Shown: positions 1-8,968, numbered from the stretch's first letter. The stretch: DNA of 64,000 nt from Oscillospiraceae bacterium (GCA_031551205.1 JAVBNY010000010.1:6113-70112); one strand, 5' to 3'. A program made the numbers and translations. Notes: generated from the sequence alone by a model not told the origin.

Positions 1-2680
1 CCTGACCGCCAAGTTCACCTATGGCGGCGCTTCTGCCAGTCGGACATTTGTCATTACGGTCTGGTCTCGGTCCGCGGCGGCTGAAGAGGCCAGCGGTAAC
101 GAGGCATATCTGCAAAACGCCGCGGCTTCGTTAGGCAGTTTTTACAAGCTGACACCTATTTACGGCACCGATAACAATGTCATTGATATGCTCTTGGCGA
201 ACCTTCTCGCGAAAGGCTATGGCGACATCTCCGTGGCGGTAACAACTGCCACCAAGGTATATGGCAACTGCGGTATTTCCTCAAACGGCGATATCACCTA
301 TTTCTACGCCGACCCCAATGGAACGCGTGGCGTCTGGTTTGGCCGTTATGACGTGACCTTTACCCTGAGCAAGGACGGCGCAAGTTGCGAGCTGCCCGCC
401 GTACCCGTCACCATCCATTGGGATGCGGACGCGGCAAAGCGGGTCATGAGCGACGAAATCCTCAGCGGCGTGAATGAGTCCGCTATTCTGGGGAACAACG
501 AAAGTCTAAACAGCGTCACCTCAGATTTGAACCTTCCCAAGATAGTGGACAGCAAGAAGTGGACGCTGGTTTCCTGGACCTCCTCCGACTCCGGCACGGT
601 CTTTATCAGCAACGAAAACCAGGGTACAGCCGACACTTTGTTTAACCCCTATGTGTGCAAGGTAATTCGCGGGGCTGTGGATAAGAAGGTCACCCTCACC
701 GCCGCCTTTACCTTCCGGCGCACCAGCTCCGAACCCGCCATTGTCCTGTACAAGGTCTTTACCGTCACGGTCAAAGCTCTGAGCGGCGCGGAGGCTGACG
801 CCGCCCGGGCGGCACTGCTGGAAAAGCTGGAAGCCGGTTTTTCCGCCAAAGGGCTGCGCGACTGTATAACCGGAGCTCCCCTCAGCCAAAACGGCGATGT
901 ATACCTTGCGGCCAATGACATTCAGTTCCCAACCACCCGGGACTTTGGCGTGGACGGAAAAAACTACCCCATTACCATTACCAGCAGCAATGAGGATGTA
1001 ATCGTTGCCCCCGATGTGGCCAACGCAGCCCGGGTCAGCGTCTATCGGCCGCTCGCGGGCCGTTCGGCCGAAACGGTTATCCTGACCGTGACAATTACAG
1101 ATAAAGAAAAGGGTATCTCCGCCTCCAAGGATTTTACCGTTGAGGTACAGCCCCTGACCCAAGGTGAAATCGATAGCGCGCTGGCCTTGATGACCTTGAC
1201 CAAAGATAGCTACTTTGACGGCTTGAACAAGGGACGCTATACGGACGCTTTTTCAGTAACAGGTGGTCTTTCCTCTTTCAACGAAGCGGTCTGGAATGAC
1301 AGCGCAACCGCCGTTAAATGGATTTATTCAAGCACCGAGATGACCGGGAACAGTATTATCGCCGATGAGCTTCCAGGCTGGGCAGAGCAGGAGGCCTGGC
1401 GGGCCTTCCGCTCCAGCAACCCCAAAATACTGGACCATGAAACTTTGAATCTCCCGGCAAAGCCCAATGAGGACACCTTCGTTGGCGTAAGCAGCGTGTT
1501 GACCCATGAGATTTTCGGAAAGTACTGGGAGCGGTTCGCCGGGGAACCCGGGTACGAGGCTTTTGAAACGCTCTATAAGCAGCCGGTTTCGGCCTATGTG
1601 ATGGTGGTTGGGAAAACACATCAGGAGCTGCCCCAAGAAGCTTTAATGGGCTTGCGCACTTTGGCGGTGGCCAGAATTAACGCCCCGATATCGGTAAGCT
1701 TTGTGTTAAAGGGGCCTGACGGAACCTTGATTGATACCCCCGTCTCGGGGCTCAGCTCGGGCGCTACGGTTTTTGAAGTGTTCCGTCAGGTGCTTGACCA
1801 GTGGGGTTACACCTATTCCGCAAAGGGCAGCTATGTGCAATCTGTTACAGACACCAACGGGATTACACTGGCAGAGCAAGACAGCGGCCCCAATTCCGGG
1901 TGGATTTATCGGGTAAACGGCGCTCTGCCCGGCGTGTACATGAATGGATTTTCTTTGGAAGACGGCGACGAGGTCATTGTAACTTTCACAAAAGATTACA
2001 CAAAGGAAGCGGGGCTTAACCCCGGAGGTTCAGGGGACGGGGGTTCGCCGTCGGGTACAGCACCTTCCGAGCCTGTCCCGGATACCGGCGTACCTCTTGC
2101 CGGGATACCCTTTGCCGATGTGGCCGAATCCGACTGGTTTTACGAGGATGTGGGCTTTGTATGTGAAAAGGGACTTTTTAACGGCACGAGCGCCGCAACT
2201 TTTGCGCCAAACTTATCTATGACCAGAGCCATGCTGGTAACGGTGCTGAATCGCATGGGGATAAATAACCATGATACTTATGGCGTGGAGGCCGAGCATC
2301 CCCGCAATTTTAACGATGTGCCTGCCGGAACCTGGTATACCGACGCAGTCCGCTGGGCGGGCGGAGCGGGGATTGTAAACGGCATTGGGGAAGGCAAGTT
2401 CGGACCGGAGCTTTCCGTTACCCGGCAAGACTTGGCCGTTATGCTCTGCCGTTATGCGGAGGCTATCGGGTTTGAGCTGCCGAAAACACGGGATACGGCG
2501 GCATTTGCCGACAACGTCCAAATTTCCGGCTACTCAAAAGATGCCGTTACCGCGCTATATCGGGCAGGCATTATCAACGGAAAAAGCAATAATATTTTTG
2601 ACCCAACCGGAACAGTGACACGGGCCGAGGTGGCGGCCATGCTGCATCGGTTTATGGAAGTGGTAGAAAAAGCAAGTTAA
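1..2680 (+). CDS. Large cell-surface protein with Ig-like repeats, DUF4430-like domain and three C-terminal SLH domains (5' end outside window)
   Basis: The frame is open from position 2 to the stop at 2680. It contains GPNSGWIYRVNG (DUF4430-like) and SLH motifs FADV..WFY, TRAMLVTVL, TRQDLAVML and TRAEVAAML. Confidence 0.85.
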   Translation, partial: LTAKFTYGGASASRTFVITVWSRSAAAEEASGNEAYLQNAAASLGSFYKLTPIYGTDNNVIDMLLANLLAKGYGDISVAVTTATKVYGNCGISSNGDITYFYADPNGTRGVWFGRYDVTFTLSKDGASCELPAVPVTIHWDADAAKRVMSDEILSGVNESAILGNNESLNSVTSDLNLPKIVDSKKWTLVSWTSSDSGTVFISNENQGTADTLFNPYVCKVIRGAVDKKVTLTAAFTFRRTSSEPAIVLYKVFTVTVKALSGAEADAARAALLEKLEAGFSAKGLRDCITGAPLSQNGDVYLAANDIQFPTTRDFGVDGKNYPITITSSNEDVIVAPDVANAARVSVYRPLAGRSAETVILTVTITDKEKGISASKDFTVEVQPLTQGEIDSALALMTLTKDSYFDGLNKGRYTDAFSVTGGLSSFNEAVWNDSATAVKWIYSSTEMTGNSIIADELPGWAEQEAWRAFRSSNPKILDHETLNLPAKPNEDTFVGVSSVLTHEIFGKYWERFAGEPGYEAFETLYKQPVSAYVMVVGKTHQELPQEALMGLRTLAVARINAPISVSFVLKGPDGTLIDTPVSGLSSGATVFEVFRQVLDQWGYTYSAKGSYVQSVTDTNGITLAEQDSGPNSGWIYRVNGALPGVYMNGFSLEDGDEVIVTFTKDYTKEAGLNPGGSGDGGSPSGTAPSEPVPDTGVPLAGIPFADVAESDWFYEDVGFVCEKGLFNGTSAATFAPNLSMTRAMLVTVLNRMGINNHDTYGVEAEHPRNFNDVPAGTWYTDAVRWAGGAGIVNGIGEGKFGPELSVTRQDLAVMLCRYAEAIGFELPKTRDTAAFADNVQISGYSKDAVTALYRAGIINGKSNNIFDPTGTVTRAEVAAMLHRFMEVVEKAS

Positions 2681-2684
2681 TAAT

Positions 2685-2718
2685 GAAGGGCGCAGGATGT
2701 AAGTCCAGCGCCCTTTTT
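2685..2718 (+). terminator. Intrinsic terminator
   Basis: AAGGGCGC.GGA/TCC.GCGCCCTT stem followed by a T-run, just after the SLH gene stop. Confidence 0.75.
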
Positions 2719-2776
2719 ATAGAAGACTGAGCCTCGCTTTGGGTGTAGCCATAGCTGCATTCTGTTATTTTTAATA

Positions 2777-3610
2777 TCACTTCAATGCCTTCACGGGACA
2801 TGACCTCACGCATTCATAGCACAAAATACACTCCGTCCCATTTTCTCTGCTGCGGCGGTTATCAAGCATATCGACATTCATCGGGCAACCCTTTTTACAT
2901 TTGCCGCACGAAATACAAGTCTCGTGGCTGACTTTGATTCGCATGAGTGAAAAGTAGCTGATAGGTTTTAGGAATATTGTGATAGGACAGATATACTTAC
3001 AAAATGCCCGGTTATCCTTGAACGCATAAGCGAGCGCAATGCCAACCGCATAATAAAGGATATTCCCCACAATAAAGCTGATAAAAACAAGGTCTTCCAA
3101 GTTGGATGGGCGCAGGATAAACAGGGTTAAGGTGTACAGCAGAGACAGCAGAAAGATGGCGAGTCTAAGCATTCCCAGTTTTTTACGGCGCGGCGCGGCG
3201 GGTATTTTATACGGCAGCAAATCAAGCACCATCGCAGTCCAGCAAGCATAACCGCACCAGCCGCGCCCAAACAGCAGAGGTCCGGCAATCTTAGCTACAA
3301 GATAATGAATGACAGCGGCTTGGAAAACACCTAAAAAGAGATAATACCAAAAGCCTTCTATCTGCATGTTTTCACGGCAGATAATCCCAAGATAAACCAG
3401 CATATATAAACCAACCGCGAACTGAACGGCCATTCTCGCGTGGCGAAAGCCGGAGAAATATAAAGACACGCCGATGGCAATCGCCGTTCCGATATATGTA
3501 AAGTTGAGCAGATAAAACAGGTTATCGAGTGAAAGCCATAAAATGACGGCTACAGCCTCAAAAGCGAGCCACAACAAGAACGGTATTCTATATTTCTTTA
3601 TGTTTTTCAC
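2777..3610 (-). CDS. Membrane polyferredoxin (4Fe-4S binding, NapH/YccM-like)
   Basis: Several TM helices, GRGWCGYAC, FCKYICP and two CxxCxxCxxxCP motifs. Confidence 0.85.
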   Translation of the reverse strand: MKNIKKYRIPFLLWLAFEAVAVILWLSLDNLFYLLNFTYIGTAIAIGVSLYFSGFRHARMAVQFAVGLYMLVYLGIICRENMQIEGFWYYLFLGVFQAAVIHYLVAKIAGPLLFGRGWCGYACWTAMVLDLLPYKIPAAPRRKKLGMLRLAIFLLSLLYTLTLFILRPSNLEDLVFISFIVGNILYYAVGIALAYAFKDNRAFCKYICPITIFLKPISYFSLMRIKVSHETCISCGKCKKGCPMNVDMLDNRRSRENGTECILCYECVRSCPVKALK

Positions 3611-3700
3611 CTCAAATCAATCTTATTGGGCAACCGCTAACTGCTCTGCAATAGCCATAATATACAGATTTCCACTTGGACCCACAAAGCGTTCCTGTAC

Positions 3701-3860
3701 TTATTCGTCCCCCGCATCCATTTGTTCGATTTTTTTGCGGTGTGGTTTGCTCGCCTTCAGGGCGGGCTTTTTTACGGGTTCTGAAGGTTTCTTCCCCGGA
3801 ACATATTCAATCAAATCGGCAACCGTGCAGTCCATTGCCAATACTGCTCGGCGCAAAGCA
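3701..3860 (-). pseudogene. C-terminal remnant of a Cro/C1 HTH protein
   Basis: Manual translation gives ..AVLAMDCTVADLIEYVPGKK.., a typical XRE C-terminal tail with no N-terminal helices. Confidence 0.4.
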
Positions 3861-3862
3861 TT

Positions 3863-4069
3863 TCAAACCTTTTCACCGGTGTCATTCATCACAAAGCTTA
3901 TGTCAAGGGTACAGTTCAAAGCCTCAGCAATTTCCCTGAGCTCACTTTCGCTAAAATTGTCACGTCGCAACTTATTGCTCAGGTTTTGTGAAGTACATTT
4001 CAATTTTTCTGAAAGTTCTTTGAGACTAATCTTACGCTTTACGAGTAGAATTTTTATTTTTTCAGTCAT
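3863..4069 (-). CDS. XRE-family HTH repressor
   Basis: ISLKELSEKLKCTSQNLSNKLRRDNFSESELREIAEAL; RBS GAGGTG precedes ATG 4069. Confidence 0.85.
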   Translation of the reverse strand: MTEKIKILLVKRKISLKELSEKLKCTSQNLSNKLRRDNFSESELREIAEALNCTLDISFVMNDTGEKV

Positions 4070-4091
4070 TAAGGACACCTCGCTTTGCTAC

Positions 4092-4187
4092 ATTGTAACT
4101 CTTTGGTGTAGATACGTCAAAAGGTTTTAATAAATAAACCCGAAAGTGAAAAAAGAAATTGACAAATGTAACCCATTGGTGTATAAT
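4092..4187. promoter_or_regulatory. Divergent sigma-A promoters, each with an operator copy over the spacer
   Basis: Minus strand TTGACG-17-TACAAT (4120-4092); plus strand TTGACA-17-TATAAT (4159-4187). Repeat copies TGTAACTCTTTGGTGTA (4094) and TGTAACCCATTGGTGTA (4167). Confidence 0.8.
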
Positions 4188-4240
4188 GAAATCGTAGGGT
4201 TAATTGATATCACATAACTTTTCAAAAGGAGGTGACCCCC

Positions 4241-4549
4241 ATGCCCACGCCAACACCCTACATCGATGCCCTGTTTATGGGCGAGCTCAGGCCGTTCGAG
4301 CGCCTGGAGCCTGCGTTTCCGGAATACAATGAGCTTTGTGAGTTCTCCGCCGCGATGGAGGGCCTGTTTGCCGAGCGGCTCACGCCGGAGTTAAGAGGCT
4401 TTTTCCAGGATGTAGTCGAGAACCGCAGTGAAATCGCCGGGATGCTCGTCCGTCAGGCCTTTGCCGACGGTTACCGCCTGGGCGTTAACCTGATGCTGGA
4501 ATCGCTCGGCCAATTTGCCCTCGACGAAGGCCGGGAAGTCCGGTTTTGA
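4241..4549 (+). CDS. DUF6809-like small protein
   Basis: LFMGELRPFE..EY..L...AFADGYRLGVNLMLE pattern; AGGAGG RBS. Confidence 0.65.
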   Translation: MPTPTPYIDALFMGELRPFERLEPAFPEYNELCEFSAAMEGLFAERLTPELRGFFQDVVENRSEIAGMLVRQAFADGYRLGVNLMLESLGQFALDEGREVRF

Positions 4550-4589
4550 CCATAATATCGCTGCCTAATAAATGAAAGGAGACATATTT

Positions 4590-5279
4590 ATGAATACAAA
4601 CAGCCTGAGCCTGTTGCGCGACCTGCGTCTGCGAGAAGGCCTTACCCAAGCCGACCTCGCCCGGGAGCTGAGATTGACAGAAAACGACATTTCCAGAATG
4701 GAAGGCACCGGCAACCCGACACTTGAAAAATATGAAGCCGCTGCCAACCGCTTCGGCATCCCATGCGACACACTCATCCGCAACGACTTTCCAACCGCCT
4801 ACGCAGTCCTTTTCATCCCCATGGAGGAGGAGCGTGATTGTCTCGATAGTCACATGCGGCGCATGAAGGCGCACAAAAAGGCCGGAAATGAGGGCGAACG
4901 CTGGGTTTACGAATGGGAGCGGCAAAAACTGGCCGGTACCAAGTATTACAGGATGGTGGACCTCAGTCCCTCAGAGAACATCAAAGCTGGGTATGATATC
5001 CGCAGTTGTGACCCTGATGGAGTGCCAATTTTTATCGAGGTAAAGACCACAGCCGACGAAATGGAAAAAGAGTTCTATATGTCATCGTTTGAACGGAGAA
5101 AGGCAATCGAGTTCCTCGAAAAGGGTCTCCGGTATGAGGTTCACCGTGTATTCCATCTTAATGACCCCAAGCGGCGTGGCCGCGAGATTATCACCGGTGA
5201 GGCGCTGCTGGGCGGCGACTTCATCTTTACCCCGAAGGACTATATTGTTTCGCGGAAGGAGGACATTTCTTATGACTAA
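4590..5279 (+). CDS. XRE-HTH fused to DUF3883 (NOV C-terminal) PD-(D/E)XK nuclease domain
   Basis: N-terminal LTQADLARELRLTENDISRME; C-terminal GNEGERWVYEWE..GYDIRS..IFIEVKTT..FYMS..E. Confidence 0.75.
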   Translation: MNTNSLSLLRDLRLREGLTQADLARELRLTENDISRMEGTGNPTLEKYEAAANRFGIPCDTLIRNDFPTAYAVLFIPMEEERDCLDSHMRRMKAHKKAGNEGERWVYEWERQKLAGTKYYRMVDLSPSENIKAGYDIRSCDPDGVPIFIEVKTTADEMEKEFYMSSFERRKAIEFLEKGLRYEVHRVFHLNDPKRRGREIITGEALLGGDFIFTPKDYIVSRKEDISYD

Positions 5280-5733
5280 GCTGGAACGCTGGCGCATTGA
5301 AGCAGGGCTCTCACAGCGGGAATTGGCTGCCCGCGCCGGTGTCGGCGTCTCAACTATTGGTTGTCTGGAGCGGGGAGACTGCAAAACCCGGACGCCGTCG
5401 CTATTAAAACTCAGCAATGCCACCGGGCTGCCCATCATGAGTCTGGCCAAAAAGGCGGAAGGCCTCAATCCCATCCGTAAACACCCCTATCGCTCCAAGA
5501 CCGAGAACCCCGAAAGCCCCATAACCTGCTACAAAAACGCACAGTCCATCACCTTTGAGGAACTGGCGCGGTGGCTGGGCAATACAACTCGCGAGAGCGG
5601 CCGCCAGGCCTGCGCGGCCATGCCCGCCAAAGCCGTGCACATCAAGGCGCTGGCCGCTTTTGAGGGTATCGGCGTTGAGGCCTACCTCCGGCAGTACGGC
5701 ACAGAGAACGGAGGACTTGAAAATGCTTCTTGA
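5272..5733 (+). CDS. XRE-family HTH protein
   Basis: GLSQRELAARAGVGVSTIGCLERG; overlaps the upstream stop (translational coupling). Confidence 0.75.
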   Translation: MTKLERWRIEAGLSQRELAARAGVGVSTIGCLERGDCKTRTPSLLKLSNATGLPIMSLAKKAEGLNPIRKHPYRSKTENPESPITCYKNAQSITFEELARWLGNTTRESGRQACAAMPAKAVHIKALAAFEGIGVEAYLRQYGTENGGLENAS

Positions 5734-6061
5734 GGTCTTTGTTCCGGAAGAGGGACGCTCATACAACGGCGGCACTTACCGGGCATACATTGCTCGGATT
5801 ACCGGCAGAGACGAGCGGTTTGACTTCAAACGACAGTTTCTCCGGCCGGTTTTGAAGGAGGGTGACCGGGTTTATGATATCGTGGCCGATGGGATTTATG
5901 AGGAGAGCGTTAAGTGCTTCGAGCAAGGAACCGGCCGCTTTCGCTGCCGCAACCGTGAGTTCTTTGTTTTTCATGGTGAAGAATACTATGTGATTTCCCC
6001 CAGTGAGGTGCTGGAATACGTGGACTGCCCGGAGGCTGCTGCGCTCCGGTATCCGGCTTGA
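5723..6061 (+). CDS. Hypothetical protein (112 aa)
   Basis: GGAGG RBS; coupled to the upstream gene; YRAYIARITGRDERFDFKRQFL. Confidence 0.65.
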   Translation: MLLEVFVPEEGRSYNGGTYRAYIARITGRDERFDFKRQFLRPVLKEGDRVYDIVADGIYEESVKCFEQGTGRFRCRNREFFVFHGEEYYVISPSEVLEYVDCPEAAALRYPA

Positions 6062-6075
6062 CGGGAGATGTGAAT

Positions 6076-6216
6076 ATGAGCAACAACAAGCACCCGCATC
6101 GAACGACTCAAGAACGGCTGGAAGCCTTTTATGGAAAGCCGCTCTATGAAATTGAGCCTATAGATGTCGAGGAAATCGCTGGAGCGCACCGAAAGACGAA
6201 AAAAGTAAAACCATGA
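6076..6216 (+). CDS. Small ORF resembling the C-terminal tail of AbrB/MazE-type antitoxins
   Basis: MSNNKHPHRTTQERLEAFYGKPLYEIEPIDVEEIAG..; GGGAG RBS; ATGA overlap with the next gene. Confidence 0.45.
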   Translation: MSNNKHPHRTTQERLEAFYGKPLYEIEPIDVEEIAGAHRKTKKVKP

Positions 6217-6395
6217 CCCAGATTAACTTTGTTTCGGTGGAGACTATCGCGGTGGATGATGCGCTGCTGGAAAAGGCGAAGGGAGTCTTCGCCGAAAACA
6301 ACCTGACTATCACGCAGGGCATTGAAATCTATCTTCGGTTTATAGACATGCATGGAAAGCTTCCCTTCGGGGTATTGCCCACGCCGGAGGGCTGA
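6213..6395 (+). CDS. RelB/DinJ-like antitoxin (RHH)
   Basis: VDDALLEKAKGVFAENNLTITQGIEIYLRFIDMHGKLPF matches the RelB/DinJ pattern. Confidence 0.65.
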   Translation: MTQINFVSVETIAVDDALLEKAKGVFAENNLTITQGIEIYLRFIDMHGKLPFGVLPTPEG

Positions 6396-6440
6396 GATGG
6401 AAAGACCCCGCCGGAAGATGTGAAGGAATAATGACAAGCG

Positions 6441-6466
6441 AGCCCGCTGCGATAAGCAGCGGGCTT
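6441..6466. terminator. Hairpin terminator after the accessory operon
   Basis: AGCCCGCTGC-GATAA-GCAGCGGGCT perfect stem. Confidence 0.55.
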
Positions 6467-6812
6467 AAATTTATAGAAAATATTTTTCAGTCCGTGTTGC
6501 CCAAAAAGAAGAGCCGGCGCGAAGCGTCGGCCCGCTCCCGAGCGGCGAAAATATGCAAAATTTCACGTAAAAGACTGCGAAGCACTTTGCCGCTCGAAAA
6601 AGGCCTGGAGGCCTTGTGCCGCAGGGCCTCGTCCGTTTATAACTTTGACCGCAGGTCAAATTATAAATGTACGCGACCGCGGCCGTTATCAATGGGCGGC
6701 AGGCATGCCGCCGACCTTTTTAAGCACCCGCTTAAGCTCCGGATTTATACCACATTTCGCTATAAAAGTAAAGCAAGTATGGTATAATGAAATAAAAAAG
6801 TTTTAAATTGGC

Positions 6813-6841
6813 TTGCGTTCGGAAAATATTTGTGGTACAAT
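6813..6841 (+). promoter_or_regulatory. Sigma-A promoter upstream of the structured leader
   Basis: TTGCGT-17-TACAAT with extended TG; a second TGnTATAAT lies at 6780-6788. Confidence 0.6.
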
Positions 6842-6889
6842 AAAGGCACCATAAAGAAGTATTTTTTAATTATATATAGATAAATATTA

Positions 6890-7800
6890 TGATGAGACAG
6901 GGCTACCCGCGAGGGGAACCTTGTCTTTTTTTATTTTCAAACCTTATACTCAATGGAGTTACTTTACCTTTGCCTGCGTCGCAACAAACCGCGCCTACCC
7001 TTGTGCAGGTACGCCAACGTTGAGATGGAGACAATTTTGGATGGGTGCAGAGTCGCCCAAGCCTTACGCTGATGTCTGGTCGCGCATAGCTGCGACTTGA
7101 TTCCAGCAAGGTAACCATTTTTACTAAGGCACGCTGTTATTCCGCCGTCGCAAAGCCGGGGGTGGGATGGCAATGGGTGGACGGATAGCAAGGCCCAACC
7201 CGTTTCATCATAGCATCGAAGGAGCTTATAACGAAGCCGGTCACCCGTTATGGGCCGCACCAAAAGGCGCGGCTGGTGATGAACTGTCTGGCATCTAACG
7301 ATGCGGCATGTACCCACATTGCCGCGGATAGAGAGAATCTGACTTGGACCGGGCGCATAGCCGCCCGTGTCACTGGTGTTTGCTTTGCAAAGTCAGGCTA
7401 ACGCCGTCCGGCCGCTGGAACCCCGCAAAACAGCGTCTACAGGTCGGATACAGGTCATTCCAACCGAGCATTTGCCGTTGGTTGCGTCAATCTGTTCCTA
7501 TGTCTTTTTTAGGTTTGTATTGGCTATCTGACAGCAAGTACAAAAGAGGAATGCCTCCCACCACACGGGTGGGGAAAGAGAAGGGTCTGGTACCACGGCG
7601 CATAGCCGCCGTGACACCGACCAAGGCCCGCGGCACACCGTTCGCATTTGGCAACGGTGTGCTGCCCGGGCAAAGGAGGAGCATGACCCGGCATTCGGCT
7701 GGGAGTATGCTCCTCCTTTGCGTTCCCAGCGACCAAAATCCTCGCAAGAGGTGGGTAAGAACCGAGTGAAAGAAATCGGTCTGGACTCAACACGTCCCCA
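6890..7800 (+). ncRNA. Candidate large structured ncRNA or leader (unknown family)
   Basis: No credible ORF; many stems with G-U pairs and GNRA loops on the + strand; three hairpins with an identical CATAGC loop. Confidence 0.55.
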
Positions 7801-7829
7801 ATAATTACAAAAATCAGGAGGGTTCAACC

Positions 7830-8897
7830 ATGAACCGCATTAAATACGCCAGCACCGAAGAACGCCAGCGTGTTACCAAGCTGGCACGCGGCATCAGCAA
7901 ATCTCTTCATGAGCTCAACGCTACTGGAACATCTAAGCGCGAAGCCCGCGCCGAGCATAACGCGAAGCTTCAGGCCAAGGCGATTGCCGAAGGCCGCGAC
8001 CCTAAAAAGCTTCGCTATGATGCTTCGCCGGGCATCCACAGTTTTGGCACAATGGACGGATACTGCAAGGACTGTGAGCGCGCCCTGCGTTGGGTGACCA
8101 AACGTCATCCCGAGGTTACAACCATACGCTTTGCTTACAAAAAGGGCTATCTTCGTGAGTACATTCAAGATTGCATCGACCGCGGGTTGGCTGCGCACAC
8201 AATTGACAAGTACGCCTGCGCCCTTGCGAAGCTGCTCCGGGTACACTCCTGGGAAATTCATGACAACAAGCCAAGGCGCGACTACCGCAAGTACACCCGC
8301 TCCCGTGGGTACAGCGAAGCGCGTTTCGAGCAGGACCGTTCCAAGTATTCGTCCAAATACGGGCCTATTATCGACCTCATGCGCTGTACCGGGGTTCGGA
8401 GAGAAACCTTTGAGACTTTGTACCCTGAGTCCTTTGTGGAGGGGCCGGGCGGCAAGCTTTATCTCCCTGTGGACGGCAAGAAGATTAAAACCAAGGGCGG
8501 TCGGCCCGGGCTCATCGAAATCATAGATGAGAATCAAGTTAAGCTTCGCGAGCTCTTGGCGTTGTTCCCCAAGGGGCAGCTCATCTGCCCCAAAGTCCCG
8601 AACCAAATCGACGAGCACGGGATTCGGTCGCTTTACGCGGAAGACTTTTATTTCGCAATCGCCCGGCCCATAGACAGCATCCCCCTGAACGAGCGTATCC
8701 CCCTCAAAAACCCCAAATTTGACAATCGTCCGGGCAGGAAGCCCCGCACATCCGTCCCCGGGATTTATCATCGCAAGGACGGCCGCCTCTTTGACAGGAA
8801 GGCGCTCCTTCGCATTTCAAAGTCGCTGATCCACGAGCGAGATGACGTGGTGGCTCAAAATTACCTCTGGCGTAGCGAGCCGCTGAGAAAGCGGTAA
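7830..8897 (+). CDS. Tyrosine recombinase-like protein (Integrase_1-like)
   Basis: Catalytic set R (TGVRR), K (TKGGR), HxxR (EHGIR), H (LIHER), Y (QNYL); AGGAGG RBS. Confidence 0.8.
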   Translation: MNRIKYASTEERQRVTKLARGISKSLHELNATGTSKREARAEHNAKLQAKAIAEGRDPKKLRYDASPGIHSFGTMDGYCKDCERALRWVTKRHPEVTTIRFAYKKGYLREYIQDCIDRGLAAHTIDKYACALAKLLRVHSWEIHDNKPRRDYRKYTRSRGYSEARFEQDRSKYSSKYGPIIDLMRCTGVRRETFETLYPESFVEGPGGKLYLPVDGKKIKTKGGRPGLIEIIDENQVKLRELLALFPKGQLICPKVPNQIDEHGIRSLYAEDFYFAIARPIDSIPLNERIPLKNPKFDNRPGRKPRTSVPGIYHRKDGRLFDRKALLRISKSLIHERDDVVAQNYLWRSEPLRKR

Positions 8898-8968
8898 TTT
8901 GCAATCAAACGCGGTTCATAACGGACAACCCGGGTGCCATATCTTAATATCAGAAGGGAGTGGGAAAA

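Noticed and set aside
6431-6787. 118-aa ORF as the toxin partner of the RelB-like gene
   Set aside because: No RelE/YafQ features; it runs through a terminator hairpin and inverted repeats.
7683-7769. Leader peptide MTRHSAGS.. behind AAAGGAGG
   Set aside because: The SD-ATG spacing is only ~3 nt and the SD is locked in a 15-bp stem; more likely structural.
6890-7800. Group II/I intron, T-box or known riboswitch identity for the structured leader
   Set aside because: I recognise no GUGYG 5' end, domain V, T-box or aptamer consensus, and no RT gene is nearby.
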